Of a DNA stretch of 32,000 nucleotides, positions 15,784 through 22,837 are shown in pieces. Source of the DNA: Kineococcus radiotolerans SRS30216 = ATCC BAA-149 (lineage in GTDB: Bacteria; Actinomycetota; Actinomycetes; Actinomycetales; Kineococcaceae). Numbering within the stretch: the first letter of the stretch is position 1; every line of letters begins with the position of its first letter. The notes under the pieces were generated by a model. That model was not told the origin of the DNA and made no database searches. It saw only the letters and a list, made by a program, of their open reading frames with translations. A program made the translations under genes and the position numbers. The DNA is taken from positions 240,001 through 272,000 of the forward strand of contig NC_009664.2 in the NCBI RefSeq assembly GCF_000017305.1. Reading direction: 5' to 3'.

Positions 15784-16200
15784 GTGCCCGATCCCCGCAG
15801 GCCCCGGGTGCGGCGAGCCGCCCTCACCGCGACCGGTGCGGCGCTGGTGATCGCCGCCTGCTCCAGCGGCGGTGACGACGGCTCCTCCCTCGTCACCGAC
15901 GGCACCCGTCACGGCTCCAGCCCCGCCAACGCCAGCTCCCTCACCGTGACCCTCCCCGAGGACCCGGCCGAGCCGTGGTGCCTCCTCTCCGACGGCGCTC
16001 TCGTCGTGTGGCCGAGGGGCAGCACCTACGACGTCGCCGCGGGTGAGGTCCGCAGCGGGTCCGGGCGCCTGCTCGGCAAGGTCGGCGAGAGGGTCGAAGG
16101 GGGCGGGTTGGTGGCCGAGTCGCCTTCCTGGGACACGCTGGACGACGTCGACTGGGCGGGGTGCACCCCCACGGACCCGGTGCTGCACCAGTACGGCTGA
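15784..16200 (+). CDS. Putative lipoprotein
   Basis: N-terminus VPDPRRPRVRRAALTATGAALVIAAC has a lipobox I-A-A-C and an RR motif. GTG 15784. The in-frame upstream stretch 15583-15783 also has high GC3 but is P/R/G-rich, so the start is uncertain. Confidence 0.55.
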   Translation: MPDPRRPRVRRAALTATGAALVIAACSSGGDDGSSLVTDGTRHGSSPANASSLTVTLPEDPAEPWCLLSDGALVVWPRGSTYDVAAGEVRSGSGRLLGKVGERVEGGGLVAESPSWDTLDDVDWAGCTPTDPVLHQYG

Positions 16201-16299
16201 CCCCCCCTCCCCGTCCACCGGGGGCCCACGAGGTGACACGCCGTGGCCGGGCCAGCAGGATGGGGCGACGGACGTTGCCGCAACCCGGAGGACACCCGC

Positions 16300-17706
16300 A
16301 TGGAGATCGCCGCCGACACGCTTCAGAAGGCCCTGCGGATCAACCTCGACCCGCGCTGGTACGGGACCATCGCCGAGATCGGGGCGGGCCAGGAGGTCGC
16401 GCGCTGGTTCTTCCGCGCCGGCGGCGCCGCGGGCACCGTGGCGAAGTCGATGTCGGCCTACGACATGGCCGTCAGCGACGCCGTGTACGGCAAGTCCGAC
16501 CGGTACGTGTCCCTCGGCCGGCTGCAGGCGATGCTGCAGCACGAGCTGTCCCTCAACGTCGAGCGCCTCAGCGAGGCGCGCGGCGACGACACCTGCTTCT
16601 TCGCCTTCGCCGACACCGTCGTGGCCCGCAGCTACCGCGGCGGCAACGAGTGCCACGGGTGGATGGGCGTGCGGTTCCAGGCCCACCCCAACGACGAGCC
16701 CAGCCAGATCGTGCTGCACGTGCGGATGCTCGACGACGACGCGGGCCTGCAGCAGGAGGCCCTCGGCATCGTCGGGGTCAACCTGCTGCACGCGGCGTTC
16801 TTCGAGCGCCACGAACCGGACCAGGTCGTGGCCAGCCTGCTGGACCGGCTGTCCACCGGGCGCATCGAGATCGACGTCATCCAGTTCCGCGGCATCGAGT
16901 TCCGCCACGTGGACAACCGGGTGATGGCCCTGCAGCTGGTGCAGCTGGGCCTGTCGGGGGTGGCGATGTTCGGTCCCGATGGGGAGGTGCTGCAGCCCTC
17001 CGAGGCGCTGCGCAAGCATGCGGTCCTCGTCGAACGCGGCAGCTTCCGTCCCCCGACGGTCGTCAACATCGACATGCTCGCCTCGGCCAGGGAGAAGTTC
17101 GCGCAGGACGGGGCCGGGGGCGCACCCATCCTCGCCCTGACCGAACTCACCATGCGGAACCTCCGGGCGGCCGGGGACAAGGTCGACCGCCGCGACTTCC
17201 TGGCCCGCGCGGACCTCCTCGGGGCGTGCGGCATGACGACGGTCATCACGGACTACTACGAGTACAACCGCCTCGCCGAGTACCTCCAGCGGCGCACCCG
17301 CGAGCGCATCGGCATCGTCATGGGCGTCCCGAGCCTGGTGAACCTCTTCGACGAGGGGAACCACTCGCACATGCAGGGCGGGATCCTGGAGAGCTTCGGC
17401 CGGCTGTTCAAGAACGACCTGAAGCTGTTCGTCTACCCCATGCAGGACCAGGAGACCGGTGCCACGGTCACCGTCGAGGACCTGCAGGTCGCCCCCGACC
17501 TGCAACCGCTGTTCGACTTCCTCGCCCGCCGCGGCAGCTTCGTGCACCTGGACAACTACCGGCCCGAGTACCTGCCGATCCTGAGCCGCGACGTGCTGCG
17601 CCGCATCGCGGCCGGGGACGACAGCTGGGAGTCCATGGTGCCCGAGGAGGTCGCGTCGACGATCATCAAGCGCGGGTTCTTCGGGTACAAGCGACGGGAC
17701 GACTGA
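16300..17706 (+). CDS. Uncharacterised 468-aa soluble protein (no family confidently recognised)
   Basis: Long ORF with ordinary amino-acid composition and high GC3. ATG 16300 is preceded by GGAGGA (16285-16290). No TM segment or signal peptide. Distinctive blocks include YGTIAEIGAGQEVARWFF, ECHGWMGVRFQ and ITDYYEYNRLAEYL. Confidence 0.8.
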   Translation: MEIAADTLQKALRINLDPRWYGTIAEIGAGQEVARWFFRAGGAAGTVAKSMSAYDMAVSDAVYGKSDRYVSLGRLQAMLQHELSLNVERLSEARGDDTCFFAFADTVVARSYRGGNECHGWMGVRFQAHPNDEPSQIVLHVRMLDDDAGLQQEALGIVGVNLLHAAFFERHEPDQVVASLLDRLSTGRIEIDVIQFRGIEFRHVDNRVMALQLVQLGLSGVAMFGPDGEVLQPSEALRKHAVLVERGSFRPPTVVNIDMLASAREKFAQDGAGGAPILALTELTMRNLRAAGDKVDRRDFLARADLLGACGMTTVITDYYEYNRLAEYLQRRTRERIGIVMGVPSLVNLFDEGNHSHMQGGILESFGRLFKNDLKLFVYPMQDQETGATVTVEDLQVAPDLQPLFDFLARRGSFVHLDNYRPEYLPILSRDVLRRIAAGDDSWESMVPEEVASTIIKRGFFGYKRRDD

Positions 17707-17719
17707 GGGAACGGGCCGA

Positions 17720-17757
17720 GCCGCGCGCGGCCGCTCACGGGTGGGGTCCTCCCCACC
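17720..17757 (+). terminator. Two GC hairpins after the 468-aa gene (possible terminator)
   Basis: A 12-nt palindrome GCCGCGCGCGGC at 17720-17731. GGTGGGG (17740-17746) pairs with CCCCACC (17751-17757) around a 4-nt loop. The stop codon is at 17704-17706. Confidence 0.35.
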
Positions 17758-17838
17758 GGCGCGAGGCCCGCCTGCACCCTGGAACCGGGCGGGGATCGCG
17801 GCGAGGGTGGCGGCACACCTCGCGACAAGGAGTTCCCC

Positions 17839-19083
17839 GTGCCCGACCTCACCCCGTCCTCCGCCGTTCCCCGGGCGCTCCCCGTCGACGGTCCCCCGGC
17901 GAACCGGCCGGGCCGAACCGCGCCGGTGACGTCGCGCCGCACGGCGCTGGCCGGTCTCGCGACCCTGGCCGCCGCCGGCGGAACCGGTGCGGCCGCGGCG
18001 AACCCGCGCGGGACCGCGGCACCCGCCGTGGTCCGCCGCGCCGCGCAGCGCCTGGTCCGCGACGACGGCTTCCCCGGCGTCCTCGGTGCGTTGACCTCAC
18101 CCGGCCGGCGGGTGCAGCGCTTCACCGCCGGCGTCGGGGACCTGTCCACCGGCGCCCCGGTACCCGCCGGTGGCCGGGTCCGGGTCGGCAGCACCACCAA
18201 GACCTTCACCGCCCTCACCGTGCTGCAACTGGTCGACGAGGAGCGCGTGCAGCTGGACGCCCCCGTGGAGACCTACCTGCCTGGTCTCGTGCGTGGGCAG
18301 GGCATCGACGGACGCGCCGTCACCGTGCGCCAGCTGCTGCAGCACACCAGCGGCCTGCCGGAGTACACCACCGCCTTCGCCGCCGGTGGCTTCTTTGCCG
18401 TGCGCGATCTGTACACCGATCCCCGCGATCTGCTGGACCTCGCCCTGCAGCAACCGGCCGCCGACGCCCCCGGCGCGCGCTGGCAGTACTGCAACACCAA
18501 CTACGTGCTGGCCGGCCTGCTGATCCAGAAGGTCACCGGTCGTCCCTACCCCGAGGAGGTCACCCGCCGCGTCATCGACCGCCTCGGCCTGCGGGACACC
18601 TCCTTCCCCGCCCCGGGCGAGCGCGGCATCGCCGGGAAGCACCCGCGCGGCTACCACGCCGACGCTCCCGGGGCCCCGCAGCGCGACCTCACCGAGCTGG
18701 ACCCCTCGTGGGCTTGGGCCGCGGGCGGACTCGTCTCCACACCCGGCGACCTGAACCGCTTCTTCCTCGCGCTGCTGGGTGGGCGATTGCTCAGCCCGGA
18801 GCAGTTGCGGCAGATGCGCACCACGGTCGAGGCGCCGGGGACGTGGGAGAGCGCGCGCTACGGGCTGGGTCTGTTCAGCACGCCCCTCAGTGACGGGCGG
18901 CTGTACTGGGGCCACGGCGGCGACATCCCCGGTTTCGAGACCCGCGGCGGGGCCACCGACGACGGGTACGAGGTGAGCGTGGCCGTCACCGCCCTCCCGG
19001 CCGCCGTCCCGGAGCCGGAGAAGGCCGCCGCCGACGTCCTCACCCTCGTCGACACCGCTTTCACCGCGTCTCCTCACGCCTGA
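17839..19083 (+). CDS. Secreted serine hydrolase of the beta-lactamase/DD-peptidase fold (D-alanyl-D-alanine carboxypeptidase-like)
   Basis: Tat-like signal TSRRTALAGLATLAAAGG. SxxK active-site motif VGSTTKTF. GTG 17839 is preceded by AAGGAG at 6 nt. Confidence 0.85.
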   Translation: MPDLTPSSAVPRALPVDGPPANRPGRTAPVTSRRTALAGLATLAAAGGTGAAAANPRGTAAPAVVRRAAQRLVRDDGFPGVLGALTSPGRRVQRFTAGVGDLSTGAPVPAGGRVRVGSTTKTFTALTVLQLVDEERVQLDAPVETYLPGLVRGQGIDGRAVTVRQLLQHTSGLPEYTTAFAAGGFFAVRDLYTDPRDLLDLALQQPAADAPGARWQYCNTNYVLAGLLIQKVTGRPYPEEVTRRVIDRLGLRDTSFPAPGERGIAGKHPRGYHADAPGAPQRDLTELDPSWAWAAGGLVSTPGDLNRFFLALLGGRLLSPEQLRQMRTTVEAPGTWESARYGLGLFSTPLSDGRLYWGHGGDIPGFETRGGATDDGYEVSVAVTALPAAVPEPEKAAADVLTLVDTAFTASPHA

Positions 19084-19101
19084 CGCGGGGCACTCGGCTG
19101 G

Positions 19102-19142
19102 GCAGCCGGCGGTCACCTTCAATTCAAGTGACCGCCGGGTGC
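19102..19142. terminator. Strong hairpin between convergent genes (bidirectional terminator candidate)
   Basis: CCGGCGGTCAC (19106-19116) pairs perfectly with GTGACCGCCGG (19128-19138) around an AT-rich 11-nt loop CTTCAATTCAA. Three further outer base pairs follow one mismatch. Confidence 0.5.
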
Positions 19143-19197
19143 CCGCCTTCGGTTCCACCGACCGAGCTCGTGCAGGGCGGAAGGGGATGGCGACCGT

Positions 19198-19404
19198 TCA
19201 GGCCTCGGTCGGCGTCGCGCCTTCGGGGTACTCCTCGTACCCGGGTGGCGGCGGCTCACCGTCCTTCACGCAGACCGAGCCGTTGTGGTCTTCGATCCAG
19301 CGCACGGGGTGTTCACCTCGGCCACAGACCGCGTCTGCGCACGAACTCAGCGATGATGCTGCGAGCACGGCGAGGAGCACGATCGTGAACGTGGGACTTC
19401 TCAT
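19198..19404 (-). CDS. Small (68 aa) putative lipoprotein
   Basis: Signal peptide MRSPTFTIVLLAVLAASSLSSC with lipobox L-S-S-C. AAGGAA lies about 8 nt upstream of ATG 19404. Its codon usage has visibly more A/T-ending codons than the neighbouring genes. Confidence 0.55.
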   Translation of the reverse strand: MRSPTFTIVLLAVLAASSLSSCADAVCGRGEHPVRWIEDHNGSVCVKDGEPPPPGYEEYPEGATPTEA

Positions 19405-19708
19405 CGAGGTTTCCTTTCAGTAGGTGCGGATCGTTGTTCCCGGCCCCGGGGCCGACGCACGGGCAGCGGCCTCCACTCTCACGCGATCACACGTGGCGTT
19501 GTCCTTCGTGTGACGGACGACCCCGAGGACGTCGATCTCGGCGGTACACGTGGAGGTGGTGTGCCGGTACCCCAGGATTCCCAGCCTGCGACGACCGGGG
19601 TGGCGCCGCTGTCGAGGTTGTCCGCCGTCACCGCCGGCGTGGCTCTGTCCATGGCCCGTGATCCATGTCCCCGGCGGGGCCTGCGGCGCGACCCCACCGG
19701 GTCAGCCG

Positions 19709-20809
19709 TCACCGCGCCTGTCCTGAGCGGCTCCCGGCGCCGGCTGGGGCGTCGGCGAGCATCTCGCGCACCAGCGGCACGACCTCGGCCCCGTACAGCT
19801 CCACCGCCCGCAACCGGGCACCGGCCGAGACGGCTCCGGCGGAGGAGTAGATCATGTCGAAGCGCCCAACGCCCAGCGTGCGGATGGCGTCGGCCACCCT
19901 GCGGGCGACGGTCTCCGGGGAACCCACGTAGAGCGAGCCGCTCTCGACCTCGGCGTCGAACTCGCTGCGCCGCAGCGGCGGCCAACCGCGCAGCGCACCG
20001 ATGCGGTTGCGCATCTCCTCGTAGCCGGGGTAGTACAGCGCCTTCGCCTCCTCGTCGGTGCGGGCCACGAACCCCGGGGAGTGCATCCCGACCGGGTGGG
20101 CGGTGGTGCCCAGCTCGGCGGTGGCACGCTCGTAGAGGTCGAAGTACGGACCGAAGCGCGCAGGCGGACCACCGATGATGGCGAGCATGAGCCGGAACCC
20201 GTACCGGGCGGTGCGGACCACCGACTCCGGCGAACCCCCCACCCCCACCCACGTCGTGAGACGCCCCGACTCGGTCCGGGGGTACACCTCGGCCTCGTGC
20301 AGGGCGGCCCGGGTGGTCCCCTCCCACGTCACCGGCCCCTCGTCGAGGAGGCGGTGGAACAGCTCGATCTTCTCCTCGAACAGCACGTCGTAGTCGGAGA
20401 GGTCGTAGCCGAACAGCGGGAAGGACTCGGTGAAGGAACCCCGCCCGAGGATGACCTCGGCGCGCCCGTTCGAGAGGGCGTCGAGGGTGGCGAAGCGCTG
20501 GAACACCCGGACGGGGTCGTCGCTGCTGAGCACGGTGACCCCGGACGCCAGGTGGATCCGCGAGGTGCGGGTGGCGATGCCGGCCAGCACGGTCTCGGGG
20601 GTGGAGATGGCGTACTCGGGACGGTGGTGCTCACCGACGGCGATGACGTCGACACCGGTCTGGTCGGCCAGGACCGCCTCCTCCACCGTGGCGCGGATGG
20701 CGCGGGCGTGGGAGACGAGCCGGCCCTCCTCATCGCGGGGCACGTCACCGAAGGTGTCGATGCCGAACTGGACGGTGGTCGAGACGTCGGCTGCGTCGGT
20801 CGTGGTCAT
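19709..20809 (-). CDS. LLM-class (luciferase-like) flavin-dependent oxidoreductase
   Basis: FGIDTFGD...VIAVGEHH...ASGVTVLSSDDPVRVFQRFATLDALSNGRAEVILGRGS is typical of luciferase-like monooxygenases. ATG 20809 is preceded by GAGGAA. Confidence 0.85.
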   Translation of the reverse strand: MTTTDAADVSTTVQFGIDTFGDVPRDEEGRLVSHARAIRATVEEAVLADQTGVDVIAVGEHHRPEYAISTPETVLAGIATRTSRIHLASGVTVLSSDDPVRVFQRFATLDALSNGRAEVILGRGSFTESFPLFGYDLSDYDVLFEEKIELFHRLLDEGPVTWEGTTRAALHEAEVYPRTESGRLTTWVGVGGSPESVVRTARYGFRLMLAIIGGPPARFGPYFDLYERATAELGTTAHPVGMHSPGFVARTDEEAKALYYPGYEEMRNRIGALRGWPPLRRSEFDAEVESGSLYVGSPETVARRVADAIRTLGVGRFDMIYSSAGAVSAGARLRAVELYGAEVVPLVREMLADAPAGAGSRSGQAR

Positions 20810-20951
20810 CGCGGGGTTCCTCGTTCCGGGGAGGTCGGGCGTCCGGGGTCGGCCGGGCGACGGTGCGCCCCGACGTCGGTCCGGCTCGACCACGAGCATG
20901 GGCGCACACCGTCGACGCTGGGAGGCCCTGGGACTCCTCCCCTGACCGCTG

Positions 20952-20978
20952 CGCCTCCCCGCGCGGGCCGGGGAGGCG
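20952..20978 (-). terminator. 10-bp GC hairpin downstream of the small orphan gene
   Basis: CGCCTCCCCG (20952-20961) pairs with CGGGGAGGCG (20969-20978) around a 7-nt loop. It lies 63-89 nt past the stop at 21041 on the minus strand. Confidence 0.4.
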
Positions 20979-21040
20979 GACGTTCCGCGGCTGCTCGACC
21001 ACGACCCCGGTGACCGTCACCGCCGGCAGCGTCGGGCCCG

Positions 21041-21409
21041 TCAGGGGCAGGTGAGGACCCGGCGGCCGCTCCCGTCGGTCCCCTCCCGGACGCCGAAGCG
21101 GGTCAGGTCGCGCACGAAGCGGTCGCGGTCCACCGCGTCGGACCCGTGCTCCACGAGGTAGGCGGAGTAGACGTCGCGCGCCAGCAGGGGTTCGCTCCAG
21201 TCCTGCTCGGTCATCCACACGCGGACCGATTCCGCGGGCGGCGCCGGTTCGGGCGCGTCCACGAGGGAGGACCCGCAGGACGGGCAGGTGGAAGGGGTAC
21301 TGGTTCGTTCTCCAGGCATGTCTGAACCGTAGGTGCCCGACCGCTTCCCGCGCGTCGCCTCCAGGGTGGACGAGCGCCTCATCCTGCGGGTGGACATCCG
21401 CTGAACCAC
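21041..21409 (-). CDS. Small hypothetical protein (92-122 aa, start uncertain)
   Basis: High GC3 throughout, including upstream of the internal ATG 21319. One CxxC (CPSC). The C-terminal block DVYSAYLVEHGSDAVDRDRFVRDLTRFGVRE was not assigned to a family. Confidence 0.5.
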   Translation of the reverse strand: MVQRMSTRRMRRSSTLEATRGKRSGTYGSDMPGERTSTPSTCPSCGSSLVDAPEPAPPAESVRVWMTEQDWSEPLLARDVYSAYLVEHGSDAVDRDRFVRDLTRFGVREGTDGSGRRVLTCP

Positions 21410-21664
21410 TGCACGGCAACGGTTCCTCAGCCGCCCGTGGACCCCTCGATCAGCAGCGAGACGTCCTCACGGGCGACGGCGACGACGGCGCCCCGCCGCG
21501 GCGCGCCGCCGCGGGGTTCGTCCGGTGCAGTCCCCTCGCCCTGCTGCACCGGACGAGGCGCGACCGCCGTCCCGACGGGTCGCCGCGGACGGCGTTCCCC
21601 GACCCGGCCACCACGACGACCGGCTCGCTCGACGGGTCGAGCGGGCCGGTCCGAGGACGTGGGA

Positions 21665-22615
21665 TCAGCCGATGAACTCGACGTCCTCCACGACGGCGGA
21701 ACCGTCGTAGATGCCGATGCCCAGGTGCAGGTCCACCCCGTGCGGCGCGGCGCCGGAACCGGCGGCGGCGGGGATGTGGAAGACGCACTCCACCCTGGCG
21801 CTGGTGGCCGCGGTCGGCTTCGCCGGGTGCGAGCACCCGTCGAAGGTCATCGGCGCGTACGGGGTGCCTCGCAGCTCCCCGGTGACGGCGTTGACGGCGT
21901 AGGTGGCCATCACCTCGTCGTCGCGCTGCTCCCACCCGCGCGCCAGGCAGCCGGCGGCCTGCTCGGGGGTGGCGTCGTTGAACGGCGCGGGGCAGCCGGC
22001 GACGGCGGAGTCGCCGATGACGGTGACGCCGTCCTTCGCGGTCCACTGCATCGAGCCGCCCTGGAAGTCGGCGCGCTTGCCGCCGGGGACGTCGTACTCG
22101 TCGCTGACGGGGAACCCGAACGCGCCCGCCTCCCAGCCGTAGGAGGCCCAGGTGGCGCGGATCGCGCCGTGGACCTCGTGCGCGCCGGTGGCCGGGGACC
22201 AGTAGACCGAGCCGCCCTGGAAGTGGTTGTAGGCCCCGGCGCGGTTCGGCGTCGCGGTCTCGTCGGTGGTGGGGAACCCCAGCACCCCGGCTTCCCAGCC
22301 GTGGGCGGCCCACTCGTCGCGGATGAGGCCGTGGACCTCGTGGGCGCCGGTGGCGGGCGAGGCGTAGATCGAGCCGCCCTGGAAGTGCACGTAGCTGCCG
22401 CGCTGGTTCGGGGTCCGGGTCTCACCGGTCACCGGCTGGCCGAGGAAGCCGCCGGAACCGCCGAGGGCTTCGTAGCGGGCGCCGATCTGCCCACCGACGC
22501 GCGGGTCGGCGGCCTGCGCCGGAGCGGCCAGGGCGACACCGGTCACGGTCGCCAGGGCGGCGAGGGCGGTGGCGGCGGTGCGGGTGGCGGTGCGGGTCGA
22601 GCGGTTCTTCGTCAC
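21665..22615 (-). CDS. Secreted LGFP-repeat protein with a C-terminal domain of unknown function
   Basis: Signal peptide ending AAPAQA. Three LGFP-type repeats (FLGQP/VLGFP/AFGFP, each followed by FQGGS). GTG 22615 is preceded by GGAGAG. Confidence 0.85.
   Translation of the reverse strand: MTKNRSTRTATRTAATALAALATVTGVALAAPAQAADPRVGGQIGARYEALGGSGGFLGQPVTGETRTPNQRGSYVHFQGGSIYASPATGAHEVHGLIRDEWAAHGWEAGVLGFPTTDETATPNRAGAYNHFQGGSVYWSPATGAHEVHGAIRATWASYGWEAGAFGFPVSDEYDVPGGKRADFQGGSMQWTAKDGVTVIGDSAVAGCPAPFNDATPEQAAGCLARGWEQRDDEVMATYAVNAVTGELRGTPYAPMTFDGCSHPAKPTAATSARVECVFHIPAAAGSGAAPHGVDLHLGIGIYDGSAVVEDVEFIG
22028..22486 (-). repeat. Three tandem intragenic repeats of about 54 codons (LGFP repeats); repeats 1 and 2 are also clearly similar at the DNA level
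   Basis: Repeated GAHEVHG...W...GWEAG..GFP...FQGGS blocks. Coordinates are approximate and derived from residue counting. Confidence 0.6.
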
Positions 22616-22837
22616 GTGCTCTCCTGACGGATCCCGGCGCAGGTTCACTGGACCGGGGAAGGTGGGTGGTGGGGAAGGGTGGAATCGGACGGTGCGAACG
22701 GGGGACGTGCACGGGCGGGAACCCGCGGAAGCGTCCGCGGTACCGCTGCGACACAGCGTGTCAGGAACGTGCTAGCGCAGGGAGGCTCGCCCAGGGCCAC
22801 CCAGCGGGGCAACCCCGGCGCCGGAGGACCGGAGGCG

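Noticed and set aside
19479-19652. A 57-codon minus-strand ORF (MDRATPAVTADNLDSGATPVVAGWESWGTG...) 56 nt downstream of the LLM oxidoreductase, considered as a possible RiPP precursor.
   Set aside because: GC3 is high only in the first 20 or so codons and then decays. There is no SD, no leader/core pattern I recognise, and no maturation enzymes (cyclase, protease, exporter) nearby.
21427-21549. A minus-strand mini-ORF ending ...GAVVAVAREDVSLLIEGSTGG-stop, with high GC3 in its last 29 or so codons, downstream of the LGFP gene.
   Set aside because: It has only 40 codons from the nearest GTG, the upstream part is R/G/P-rich, and there is no SD. It may be a gene remnant, but the support is not sufficient to call it.
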